A stretch of 64,000 nucleotides of DNA from Pseudomonadales bacterium (lineage in GTDB: Bacteria; Pseudomonadota; Gammaproteobacteria; Pseudomonadales; UBA5518). Below are positions 45,034 through 54,374 of the stretch, one piece after another; position 1 is the stretch's first letter, and the number at the start of each line of letters is the position of its first letter. The DNA lies in contig JACKOP010000005.1 in assembly GCA_024234165.1 (NCBI GenBank), forward strand, positions 123,409-187,408. The letters are read 5' to 3'. The position numbers and the translations under genes are program-made. The notes below the pieces were generated by a model that was not told the origin of the DNA, ran no database searches, and saw only the letters and a program-made list of their open reading frames with translations.

Positions 45034-46271
45034 AGGCGGGGTTGCTGCAGGATCATCCGCTATGGCTGTGCGGCTTTCGCCCGTTCTTCCTGCTGGCAGC
45101 CGCCGGCATTCCGCTCTTCATCGCGCTGTGGCTGGGCTTCCTGCTGTTCGGCCTGCCGCTGCCGGCAGTGGCGGGTGGCCCCTTCGTCTGGCATGCGCAC
45201 GAGTTGATCTTCGGCGTGGCACTTGCGGCCGTCACCGGCTTTGCCTTGACGGCGATCCCCGAATTCACGGCTACGCCCGATTTCAGCCGCCGCGCCGTGC
45301 AGCGCCTCGTCGTGCTGTGGCTGCTCGGTCGCGTCGGCTTCTGGAGCAGCGGACTGCTTGGCCTGCCTGCACTGTTGCTGGCAGCGAGCGCTCACCTCGG
45401 CTTGCTGGGCTACCTCGGCCTCCTGCTGCTGGCGCGCCTGTGGCGCGATCCGGGCCGGCGCCATCTGTCGTTCGCGTGGTCGATCGCTGCGCTGATCGGC
45501 TGTGTCACCGGCTTCTACGCCGCAGCGGTTGCCGGCACCGATCCGTTGCGTTGGCTGCACGCGACGCTCGGCGTGCTGATGATCCTGATCGTCGTTGCGC
45601 TCAGCCGCATCTCGATGCGCATCGTCAACGCCGCGATCGAGGAGCGGGCCGGCAACACGGAAGCCGGCGACGAATACCGCGCGCGTCCGCCACGGCGCAA
45701 CCTCGCGATCGTCTGCATCGGCCTGCACACGGCGGTCGGGCTGCTCGTACCCGAGGCGCGCATCGGCGGCTGGCTCGCGCTCGCGAGCGCGGCAGCCCTG
45801 TTCAACCTGCTGAACGACTGGCATGTGGGACGGGCGCTGTGGCGCCGCTGGCCGCTGATGCTCTACGCCATCTACCTCTTCATGGCTGCGGGCTACGCGC
45901 TGATGGGCTGCGCGATCATTCTGGACGGCAACTACTTCAGCGCCGGGCGCCACCTTGCCGCGCTCGGCGCAATGGGGCTCGCGATCCATGCCGTGCTGTG
46001 CATCGCTGGCCGCCAGCACTGTGGCTACCCGCTCGATGAGCGCTCGTGGGTACCGATCGGCGCCTGGCTGATCGGCCTCGGTGCGCTCGCACGTGCGGCC
46101 ACCGTGCTGCCCGGCGCACCGACCGGCTTTTTGTTCGGTCTTGCCGGTCTCGCCTGGGGCGGAGCCTTCGTCAGCTATCTATGGCATATGGCGCCGCTGC
46201 TGCTCGGCCCGCGCCCCGACGGCGGCAGCGGCTGCGAGGGCGTCATTTCCGCCGGCGACGTGGCAAACTGA
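45029..46271 (+). CDS. nnrS: NnrS-family heme/copper membrane protein
   Basis: The GTG at 45029 overlaps the ATPase stop (GTGA). LWLCGFRPFFLLAAAGIPL...WHAHELIFGVALAAVTGFALTAIPEFT is the NnrS signature. About 12 TM segments. Confidence 0.85.
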
Positions 46272-46324
46272 GCCGGCCGTACAAGCGATCTGCATACACG
46301 ACACATTTGCCCGGAGAAGACGCC

Positions 46325-46846
46325 ATGAGTCATGAAAAGCCCCTGAGTGAACTCGTGAAGCCTGACTGGATCAGCGCCCCCGACTGGCAGGCGACGCTGG
46401 AGAAGGTCGGGTCACTGGAGCGCATCCGCGCCGACGCGCGGGCGCACGTCGCGACCTACCTGGCGACCAACGGCGAGGACGGTTACCACCAGGAGCTCGC
46501 ACCGCTCCCGTGCCTGCTGATCACGACGATCGGCCACCAGAGTGGCAAGCAGGCGATCACGGCGCTGAACTTCCTGCTGCTGGACCGGAAGTACTACGTG
46601 GTCGGCTCGCTTGCCGGTATCGGGACCGACCCGGTGTGGGCGAGGAACCTGAAGCACACGCCGCAGGCGTGGGTGCAGGTGAAGGACCAACGCTGGGAGG
46701 CCGATGTTCACCAGCTCGATGACGCGGAACGCGCGGTGATCTGGCCGACGCTGGTGAAGACGATGCCGCTGTGGGAAGTATTCCAGCAGCGCACGGACCG
46801 GCCGTTCCCGGTGTTTGCCCTCAGCCCGAAGGCGAACCAGGGCTGA
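46325..46846 (+). CDS. Deazaflavin-dependent-nitroreductase-family (DUF385, split beta-barrel) protein
   Basis: LLITTIGHQSGKQAITALNFLLLDRKYYVVGSLAGIGTDPVWARNLKHTPQAWVQV resembles the F420H2-dependent reductase (DDN/FDOR-A) fold family. Confidence 0.6.
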   Translation: MSHEKPLSELVKPDWISAPDWQATLEKVGSLERIRADARAHVATYLATNGEDGYHQELAPLPCLLITTIGHQSGKQAITALNFLLLDRKYYVVGSLAGIGTDPVWARNLKHTPQAWVQVKDQRWEADVHQLDDAERAVIWPTLVKTMPLWEVFQQRTDRPFPVFALSPKANQG

Positions 46847-46899
46847 GACGGGTTCACGCAACGCAGCAGCAGCCTACACGGTCGGAGCGCGCGGGCCAG

Positions 46900-47430
46900 A
46901 TGAACACCAGCGAAGACGCACTGAGGGACCTGCTCGACGAGCAGGCGATCCGCAAGGTGGTGTTGCGCTACTGTCGCGGCATCGACCGCCTCGACCGTGA
47001 GCTGGTCAGGAGCTGCTATCACGACGACGCCACCGACGAGCACGGCAGCTTTTGCGGCAGCGTGGACGAGTTCATGAGCTGGGCCTTTCGCGTCGCGGCG
47101 CGCTACGAGATGACGATGCATTTCATCGGCAATCTTCTGGTCGAACTCGGCCCGCCCCACGGGAACGGCCAGCGCACGGCGCGCGCCGAAAGCTACGGCG
47201 TCGCGCACCACCGCCGCAGCGGCGGTCCGCCCGAGCACAATCTGCTGGTCGGCTTTCGCTACATCGACCGCTTCGAGAAACGCGCCGACGGGGTATGGCG
47301 CATCGCACGCCGCGTATGCACCACCGAGTGGGTACGCCGTGACGACGAATCGGCGTGGTGGCCGATCCCGCCGGGCATGCGCACGGGCCGGCGCGACCGC
47401 AGCGACCCGGTCTACGAAGCGATCGACTGA
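46900..47430 (+). CDS. SnoaL-like / NTF2-fold protein
   Basis: LRDLLDEQAIRKVVLRYCRGIDRLDRELVRSCYHDDATDEHG...YIDRFEKRADGVWRIARR is typical of SnoaL_4-type NTF2 proteins. Confidence 0.6.
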   Translation: MNTSEDALRDLLDEQAIRKVVLRYCRGIDRLDRELVRSCYHDDATDEHGSFCGSVDEFMSWAFRVAARYEMTMHFIGNLLVELGPPHGNGQRTARAESYGVAHHRRSGGPPEHNLLVGFRYIDRFEKRADGVWRIARRVCTTEWVRRDDESAWWPIPPGMRTGRRDRSDPVYEAID

Positions 47431-49583
47431 TCCGCGCCGAGGGCCACACCGCGCAACAGGCGCAGCCCGTTGAACACGACAATCAGGCTGGCGCCCATGT
47501 CGGCGAATACCGCCATCCACATCGTCGCGCTGCCGAACACTGCAAGCAGCAGGAACACCAGCTTGATCCCGAGCGCGAGCGCGATGTTCTGCCACAGGAC
47601 CACGCGGGCACGGCGGGACAGGCGGATCATTTCCGGGATGCGGCGCAGGTCGTCGTTCATGATCACGATGTCCGCTGCTTCCATCGCGGTATCCGTACCG
47701 GCTGCGCCCATCGCGATACCGATATCGGCCTGCGCGAGCGCCGGGGCGTCGTTGATGCCGTCGCCAGCCATCGCGACCACGCCGAAGGACTGCTGCATCG
47801 CGCGGATCGCGGCCAGCTTGTCGGTAGGCAGCAGGTTGGCGCGCACGTCGTCGATGCCCGCCTCGGCGGCGATGGTGCGCGCCGTGGTCTCGTTGTCACC
47901 GCTCAGCATGAAGCTGCGCACGCCGAGCGCGTGCAGCTCGGCCAGCGCGGTGCGCGAGCTTTGCTTGATGCGATCGGCGACCGCGAAGATCGCGAGCACC
48001 TGCGTCCGCGATGCCAGCATCGTCACCGTCCTGCCCTGGCGTTCGTGCTCGGCCAGTCGTGCCTCGATGGCCGCGCCGCACAGCCCGCGCTCCTCGATCA
48101 GGCGGTGGTTGCCGAGCACGAGTCGCTGTCCGTCGGTCTGCGCTTCGATCCCGCGCCCGGCAAGCGCCGTGAAGCCGCTCAGCTCACCGTTGCCGGCCTG
48201 CGTGTCCGCAGCGATCGCACGCGACACCGGGTGGTCGGAATGCCCGGCAAGGACGCGTGCCCAGTACATCACGGTGGGCTCGGGAAACGGCGACGGCAGG
48301 TACTCGCTCGCGACCAGGCGCGGGCGGCCTTCGGTGATCGTGCCGGTCTTGTCGAGCGCAACGGCACGAATGCGATGCGCGCTTTCCAGATACACGCCGC
48401 CCTTCACGAGCACGCCGCGGCGCGCAGCCGCGGCCAGGCCGCTGACGATGGTGACCGGTGTCGCGATCACCAGCGCGCACGGGCAGGCGATGACCAGCAG
48501 CACCAGCGCCTTGTAGAGCGCCAGCATCCAGCTCCAGCCGACCAGCCACGGCGTCAGCACGGCGACGAGCACCGCGAAGGCGAACACCAGCGGCGTGTAG
48601 ACCGCCGCAAAGCGGTCGACGAACTGCTGGGTAGGCGCACGCGCGCCCTGCGCCTGCTCGACCGCGTGGATGATGCGCGCGAGCAGGGTGTTGCCGCTTG
48701 CGGCGGTCACCCGCAGCTCGAGCGTGCCAGTTTCGTTGATCGTGCCGGCGAACACATCGTCGCCTGGCGCCTTGTCGACCGGCAGGCTCTCGCCGGTGAC
48801 CGGCGCCTGGTTCACGCTGGCGTTGCCCGCGAGCACGACACCATCGAGCGGGATACGCGCACCCGGCCTGACACGCACCACCGCGTCGACCGGCACCTGT
48901 GCGGCCGCAACGCTCATCCAGCTACCGTCCGCCTGCTTCGACTCAGCGGTCTCGGGCGCAAGATCGAGCAGACCCTTGATCGCATTGCGCGCACGATCGA
49001 CGGCCCGCGCCTCGATCAGCTCCGCGATCGCGTAGAGCGCCATCACCATCGCCGCCTCCGGCCACTCACCGATCAGCAGCGCCCCGCTTACCGCAACCGA
49101 CATCAGCGCGTTGATGTTCAGCCGCCCGCGCAACAGCGCGCTGACGCCCTTGCGATACGTCGAGAAGCCCGACAGCGCGATGGCACTGACCGCGAGCGCC
49201 AGCGTCAGCACGCGCGCGACGCCACCCGCGGGCACCAGCAACACGACGGCTTCGGCGCATCCGGCCAGCAGCACTGCCAGCACGAGCCGCAACTTCTCGC
49301 GGCTCGGTCCTGCGTCGGTGGCAGCCACCGTGCCGGCAGATCCGGACAGCGCCTGCGGATCGAAGCCGGCCTTGCGTATCAGCGCGAGGATGGTCGGCAG
49401 CGCAGCAGCATCCGCATCGATGCGCAGCGTGCGCTGGCCGAGGTCGAAATGCAGCGCCCTCAGCCCGTCCACTCCCGCGACGGCAAGCCGGATTTCGGAC
49501 TCCTCCGCCGCACAGTCCATCGTCTCGATCCGGTAGCCAGGCAGCGTACGGCCGTTTGCGTGAACCGCTCGGTCAGACTCCAT
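47412..49583 (-). CDS. Heavy-metal translocating P1B-type ATPase (Zn/Cd/Pb type)
   Basis: N-terminal metal-binding domain with MDCAAEE, TM6 CPC in ACPCALVIATP, DKTGT, and GDGINDAPAL. I chose the ATG at 49581-49583 (MESDRAV...). Confidence 0.9.
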   Translation of the reverse strand: MESDRAVHANGRTLPGYRIETMDCAAEESEIRLAVAGVDGLRALHFDLGQRTLRIDADAAALPTILALIRKAGFDPQALSGSAGTVAATDAGPSREKLRLVLAVLLAGCAEAVVLLVPAGGVARVLTLALAVSAIALSGFSTYRKGVSALLRGRLNINALMSVAVSGALLIGEWPEAAMVMALYAIAELIEARAVDRARNAIKGLLDLAPETAESKQADGSWMSVAAAQVPVDAVVRVRPGARIPLDGVVLAGNASVNQAPVTGESLPVDKAPGDDVFAGTINETGTLELRVTAASGNTLLARIIHAVEQAQGARAPTQQFVDRFAAVYTPLVFAFAVLVAVLTPWLVGWSWMLALYKALVLLVIACPCALVIATPVTIVSGLAAAARRGVLVKGGVYLESAHRIRAVALDKTGTITEGRPRLVASEYLPSPFPEPTVMYWARVLAGHSDHPVSRAIAADTQAGNGELSGFTALAGRGIEAQTDGQRLVLGNHRLIEERGLCGAAIEARLAEHERQGRTVTMLASRTQVLAIFAVADRIKQSSRTALAELHALGVRSFMLSGDNETTARTIAAEAGIDDVRANLLPTDKLAAIRAMQQSFGVVAMAGDGINDAPALAQADIGIAMGAAGTDTAMEAADIVIMNDDLRRIPEMIRLSRRARVVLWQNIALALGIKLVFLLLAVFGSATMWMAVFADMGASLIVVFNGLRLLRGVALGADQSIAS

Positions 49584-49613
49584 CGGCGCCTCCCGTGGCA
49601 CGCGCGTGGTCGC

Positions 49614-50666
49614 TCATACGCCGGAGCCGCTCGTGCCGCGACGCATCGCCGACGGCACGCATCCGGTCCAGGATTTGAAGGCGCGCGAAAAGGTGACGGT
49701 GTCGCTGAAACCCAGCCGGGCAGCGATCTCACCGAGCGGCAACGAACGATCCCGCAGCAGGTCGAGCGCGAGCTCGTGCCGGCAGCGCTCCTTCAGTTGC
49801 CTGAGCGTGGTGCCTTCCTCGTTCAGTCGGCGCTTCAGCGTCGCACTGCTCAAACCCAACTGGCGGGCGATCCAGTTGGCATCGGGCGGCCGGTTCCCCT
49901 GCGCCAGTGCCGTGGCGAGCAGCTTGCGCACCCACGCGGAAGCGGGCGCAACGCTCGAGCGCCCGGCGCCGAGGTCGAACGGAAACGCCGTGCGCAGCAG
50001 TTCGTCGAGCTCGGCAGCACTGCGCACCACCGGCAACGCCAGATAGCGCGCGGGAAAGCTGAACGTGTTGTCTTGCGCGCCGTACTCGATGTCCCACGGC
50101 AGCAGCCACGATACGAGCTGCTGGTCCAGCACCGGACCGTAGCAGACCTTCACCGCAAGCGGCTCCAGATCCTTGCCCACCAACCAGCCGCCCAGCCGTG
50201 CAAAGCTCGACAACCCCGTGAAGACGCCGAAGATCATGTGCTCATCGCCGGGTATGTAGGCGGTATGCAGGCAGAACTCCGCAGTCGAACGCTCGGTACG
50301 CAACGACAGCGCGCCGGCTCCACCGTCGAACAGGGCATAGAAGTCGATTGCACGTTCGATGGCCTGGCCGAGCGTCGCGCTGCTGATCATGCAGTAGCAC
50401 ATCATGCGAAACTCGGACGGCCCCATCGGATGACGGCCGACGCGGCGCGCTTCGTTGCGCTCGAGCCGGTTCAGGCATTCACCGTAGACCGCCACGAACT
50501 GCGCATGGGAAACGTGCAGGCTGCTGCATGCTTTCAGATCAAGGATGCCTGCCCGGCGCAGGATCTCGTCCACATCGCCGCCGAGCTGGCCCACGACACG
50601 CAGCACGCTGCGCAGCAGCAGGCCTGCGGGCGGTGTGTGCGCTGATGCGAGCGGATTTCCGTTCAT
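49614..50666 (-). CDS. AraC-family transcriptional regulator
   Basis: The C-terminal double HTH ...LGLSSATLKRRLNEEGTTLRQLKERCRHELALDLLRDRSLPLGEIAARLGFSDTVTFSRAFKSWTG. It lies 30 nt upstream of, and is co-oriented with, the ATPase gene. Confidence 0.85.
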   Translation of the reverse strand: MNGNPLASAHTPPAGLLLRSVLRVVGQLGGDVDEILRRAGILDLKACSSLHVSHAQFVAVYGECLNRLERNEARRVGRHPMGPSEFRMMCYCMISSATLGQAIERAIDFYALFDGGAGALSLRTERSTAEFCLHTAYIPGDEHMIFGVFTGLSSFARLGGWLVGKDLEPLAVKVCYGPVLDQQLVSWLLPWDIEYGAQDNTFSFPARYLALPVVRSAAELDELLRTAFPFDLGAGRSSVAPASAWVRKLLATALAQGNRPPDANWIARQLGLSSATLKRRLNEEGTTLRQLKERCRHELALDLLRDRSLPLGEIAARLGFSDTVTFSRAFKSWTGCVPSAMRRGTSGSGV

Positions 50667-50746
50667 GGGCTGAATGGTGCGGCTCGATGCCGCCCATTCT
50701 AGCCCAGCCGGCAGCGACTGCTACGGCCGGGCTACCGGACCAGGAC

Positions 50747-53224
50747 TCACCTCAACACCCCATCGCTCAACAGACGCACGAATTCCTGGTCATCCATGTT
50801 CAGGATCTCTCGGCAGATCTGTTCCGTGTGTTCTCCGAACGATGGTCCGTAGATCTGAGTGACGGGGGTGCGCGACAACTTCAGCGGCCAACCGAAATAC
50901 AGGCTGTTGCCATAGCCCGGCTTGTCCAGTACGGAGTAGAACCCTCTCTCCCTGACGTGCGGATCAGATTCGACGATGTCACGGTCGTTCTTGACGACGC
51001 CGGCCGGAATGCCGGCATCCTGCAACAACTGCATCAACTCTTCGGCCGCATGCCCCACGGTCCACCGAGAGATTTGCCCATCCAGCTCATCCTCGTTTTC
51101 CTTCCTTCCTGTCAACGAATCGTATCGGGCATGGCGAACCCACTCGGGGTTCCCCATCACGCGTTTCAACGCATCCCATTGCCGGTCGGTCAATACGGCA
51201 ATGGCGCACCAGCGATTTTCGCCGCGGCACGCATACACGCCATGTGGTGCGGCATCGGGTGAACGATTTCCCTGCTTGCCCCTGACGCAACCATTTGCCG
51301 AGTATTCGAGCAACGGCAGGGCAAGCAGCGTCGTTGCCACTTCGTGCTGCGACAGATCGATGTACTGCCCCTCGCCGGTCCTCTCACGGTGATCAAGCGC
51401 AGAAAGAATCGCCAAGGTGCTGAACCAGGGCGCTGTTGCATCGGAGTAGGCGTTGTGTGGTGGTACCGAGATGCGATCGGGCCAACCCGTGAGGTAGGTA
51501 AACCCCCCGCGCGCCTGCTGCTCGACACCGAAACCGATCATCTCTGCCAGTGGTCCGGTTTGCCCGAAGCTGCTGGAGCTGATCATGATGATCGATGGGT
51601 TGATCTTGCGCAGTTCTTCGTAATCGAGCCCGAAGCTCTTCATGACACCCACGCTGAAATTCTCGGCAACGACATCCGCCCAGCTCACAAGTTTCCTGGC
51701 GATCTCCCGTCCTTCCTCCTTCGACAGGTCAAGATTCATCGCCCGTTTGCTGCTGTTCATCGCGATGGCAAAGTAACCGCCGTCCGCCGTACTCACGTTG
51801 TTCTTGTACGGCCCTACGGTTCGCAGGTTATCGATTGCTGCAAGGCTCTCGACCTTGATGACATCCGCGCCGAAATCTGCCAGGTACGTCGTGCTCAACG
51901 GGCCGGCAAGAATCCTGGAGAAATCCAGCACCTTCAGGCCTGCCAGCGCAGCGTGGATCCTTGCTCCCGATGCCGCATCGCCAGGCAATCGAGTTCGTGC
52001 GTTTCCAGCGTCAGCACGACGTGGCATCGAAGCGATTTCAAGGCGAATCTCGGCCGAGTGCTCTCCAGCTCGAGGGGCAGCCTTCGGCACAGCGCACGGG
52101 GTCGCACCAAGCTTGAACGGCGCCCCCGGGTGGAGCAGGCTGCGACCGAGTGCGGGATACCCGACATCAAGCAGGAAATTCCTGGATATCAGTTGTGGAT
52201 CCCGGGCAATGTCCGCAATGCTGTTGACCGGAGCCAATGCAAAGCGCCTTCTCAGCGCCTCGTCTGCAAGTTCCTGCTTGCTGTGTTTCGCAAAGAAGGC
52301 CAGAAAGGCTGCTTCGATACCTTCCAGTTCCTCCGGCGTGATCTTGAGAACGTCGAGTCGGCTCCAGTCGATGTCCACCAGATGCCCTGCATCACCCTTT
52401 TCGTCCATCCAGTCAACGAGCCGCTTGACCAGCCGGCCCAGCACGCCGCCGTAGACGCTGAACATCACTTCACCGTCCAGGCAGGGCCAGACCACCAACG
52501 GCGCAACCTTGGGTGAAAACCGCTGGCGGTTTCCGCTGCGCTCGGTAACCATCCGGGTGTGGTACCACCATGAAGGCGATGCCATGCCCAGTCGCATCAC
52601 CGCTTCATGCGCCGATACGTCGACATGCTGTCCTTCGTCGATCCGGTTTCTCGCCTGCAGGGCCAGCAAGGTACCGACCGCTCCATGCAGTCCGGCCTGG
52701 AGCCAGACCTGGTCGACCCCCATGCGCAAGGGCGCACGGTCCATGTATCCGCACTGGTTCATGATTCCGCCCAGCGCCCAGAGAACCAGGTCCGAGGCAT
52801 GCAGGTCGCGGAAAGGTCCCGTCTGCCCGAACGGCGTGATCGAGACGAAGATGAGGCCGGGGTTCAGCTCGCTCAAGGCCTCGTATCCGAGCCCCAGGCC
52901 GTCGAGATACCCGACTGGATACGATTCAATGAAAAAGTCGGCTGTTGCAACCAGTTGCTTCAGTTCTTCACGTCCGGACGGCGACTCGATATCGAGGGTG
53001 ATGCTTCTTTTTCCCGCATTGAGCGAATACCACAGGAGGCTCTTTTCAAGAGCCCGGGTGTCCTGCACCAAAGGCGCCGATTGACGCACGATATCGCCCG
53101 CCGGCGGTTCGACCTTGATGATATCGGCCCCGAGATCAGCCAGAAGCCGTCCGCAAAACATCCCGGTCTGGCCGCTGAGATCGAGGCCACGGTACGGGAG
53201 CAGGGGGCCTGTTCTGTTATGCAT
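50747..53224 (-). CDS. Tandem-fused family III CoA-transferase (two CaiB/BaiF/Frc-like modules in one 825-aa polypeptide)
   Basis: Module 1 has YRGLDLSGQTGMFCGRLLADLGADIIKVEPP and HASDLVLWALGG. Module 2 has LKVLDFSRILAGPLSTTYLADFGADVIKVES and AYSDATAPW. The ATG at 53222-53224 gives MHNRTGPLLPY. Confidence 0.85.
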   Translation of the reverse strand: MHNRTGPLLPYRGLDLSGQTGMFCGRLLADLGADIIKVEPPAGDIVRQSAPLVQDTRALEKSLLWYSLNAGKRSITLDIESPSGREELKQLVATADFFIESYPVGYLDGLGLGYEALSELNPGLIFVSITPFGQTGPFRDLHASDLVLWALGGIMNQCGYMDRAPLRMGVDQVWLQAGLHGAVGTLLALQARNRIDEGQHVDVSAHEAVMRLGMASPSWWYHTRMVTERSGNRQRFSPKVAPLVVWPCLDGEVMFSVYGGVLGRLVKRLVDWMDEKGDAGHLVDIDWSRLDVLKITPEELEGIEAAFLAFFAKHSKQELADEALRRRFALAPVNSIADIARDPQLISRNFLLDVGYPALGRSLLHPGAPFKLGATPCAVPKAAPRAGEHSAEIRLEIASMPRRADAGNARTRLPGDAASGARIHAALAGLKVLDFSRILAGPLSTTYLADFGADVIKVESLAAIDNLRTVGPYKNNVSTADGGYFAIAMNSSKRAMNLDLSKEEGREIARKLVSWADVVAENFSVGVMKSFGLDYEELRKINPSIIMISSSSFGQTGPLAEMIGFGVEQQARGGFTYLTGWPDRISVPPHNAYSDATAPWFSTLAILSALDHRERTGEGQYIDLSQHEVATTLLALPLLEYSANGCVRGKQGNRSPDAAPHGVYACRGENRWCAIAVLTDRQWDALKRVMGNPEWVRHARYDSLTGRKENEDELDGQISRWTVGHAAEELMQLLQDAGIPAGVVKNDRDIVESDPHVRERGFYSVLDKPGYGNSLYFGWPLKLSRTPVTQIYGPSFGEHTEQICREILNMDDQEFVRLLSDGVLR

Positions 53225-53340
53225 CGATGTCTCAAACCTCTTTTCTCGAACGCCGGAGACCGATTTCCTGGCTCTGACAATCCCCGCCGCCTCGACAGGC
53301 AAACAAGAACGATCCGGGTGCAAAGCGCAGCTTAGCAGAC

Positions 53341-53356
53341 TATTGCAATGACAATA
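53341..53356. promoter_or_regulatory. 16-bp palindrome TATTG-N6-CAATA upstream of the CoA-transferase gene
   Basis: TATTGCAATGACAATA lies 117 nt upstream of the start at 53224, in an AT-rich spacer. It has the same half-sites and spacing as the site at 58982-58997. Confidence 0.35.
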
Positions 53357-53474
53357 TATTTTTCATGTTTATCGATTTGACGAGACTGCACCGGCAGATC
53401 CACCCGGCCGACGACACAATCATCTTGGAACTACCGTTCGGCAAGAAAACGCCGAGCTGGCAGGGGGCACACGA

Positions 53475-54368
53475 CTAGTTCATCCACTTGCCGTTGCTTT
53501 GCATGGTGACGGAACGGCAGGTCGCCACCAGTTTTCGTGCATAACCCTGAATTTCTTCGGTTCCCAGCGAATCTCCGAAACCGGTCAGATAGATCACGTA
53601 ACTCACTTCGCCATGTGGATTGAAAATCGGTGCCGACAACATCCGCACCGGATAACGGCTTCCGCTCTTCGGGTACAGGAGGTAGTGGTCTTCAATGCCG
53701 AGTTTGTCGATGAGACTGGTCAGGCGCTCCCTGTCGCTGGGCGAGGACATTGAAAACGACACCTCTCGCACGGCTTCTCCGAGCTGGATCGGCAAGGCGG
53801 TTTCAAGATAGACAGCGTAGCCGTCCTTCCTGATGACGGAGAGGAGTTCATCGTACCTGGCTCGTTCGGCCTTGGTCACCTTGTGAGGAAGTTTCTTCAA
53901 CCATTGCTCGATCTTGTCGTTACTCGACCACGCCATGAACAAGGCTCCCAGGGGCGGGATCAATGGAACATGCTGGCCCACGCCCATGCTTGGCGCAGTG
54001 GAACGGTAACGACCATATCGCGCCAACCCCACCATGTCCTTTCCCATGCGTGCTGTCACCATCGCATCGAGATTGTTTTCTGCCGAGAGCTTGGCCGCTT
54101 CCTCTCTGGCTATGCCAATGGCCGGATGCCGCTCCAGCGCGGCCTGGCCGGTGGCAACCAGTGCCGGCCCCAGCGAGTAGGTCTTGTGGGTCGGATGCCT
54201 TACGAGATACCCGCTTTCCGTCAACGTATTCAGGATCGCATGGCACGACGCGATATTCACTTCAAGCCGCTGCACCAGCTCCGAGAGAGTGAATTCATGA
54301 CCGGGCTGATTCGCAATGAAATTGAGTATATCGATTGCGCGTGTTGCCGATAGCGCAGGTCTAGCCAT
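53475..54368 (-). CDS. IclR-family transcriptional regulator
   Basis: The N-terminal wHTH ATRAIDILNFIANQPGHEFTLSELVQRLEVNIASCHAILNTLTESGYLV, and a C-terminal IclR effector-domain length. Confidence 0.9.
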   Translation of the reverse strand: MARPALSATRAIDILNFIANQPGHEFTLSELVQRLEVNIASCHAILNTLTESGYLVRHPTHKTYSLGPALVATGQAALERHPAIGIAREEAAKLSAENNLDAMVTARMGKDMVGLARYGRYRSTAPSMGVGQHVPLIPPLGALFMAWSSNDKIEQWLKKLPHKVTKAERARYDELLSVIRKDGYAVYLETALPIQLGEAVREVSFSMSSPSDRERLTSLIDKLGIEDHYLLYPKSGSRYPVRMLSAPIFNPHGEVSYVIYLTGFGDSLGTEEIQGYARKLVATCRSVTMQSNGKWMN

Positions 54369-54374
54369 GCTTCT

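Noticed and set aside
47355-50645. The longest ORF in the window: 1096 aa on the plus strand.
   Set aside because: It is entirely antisense to the P1B ATPase and AraC genes, both of which have unmistakable motifs. Its translation is Arg/Ala/Gly/His-rich low-complexity sequence with no recognisable domain. It is a typical shadow ORF of high-GC DNA.
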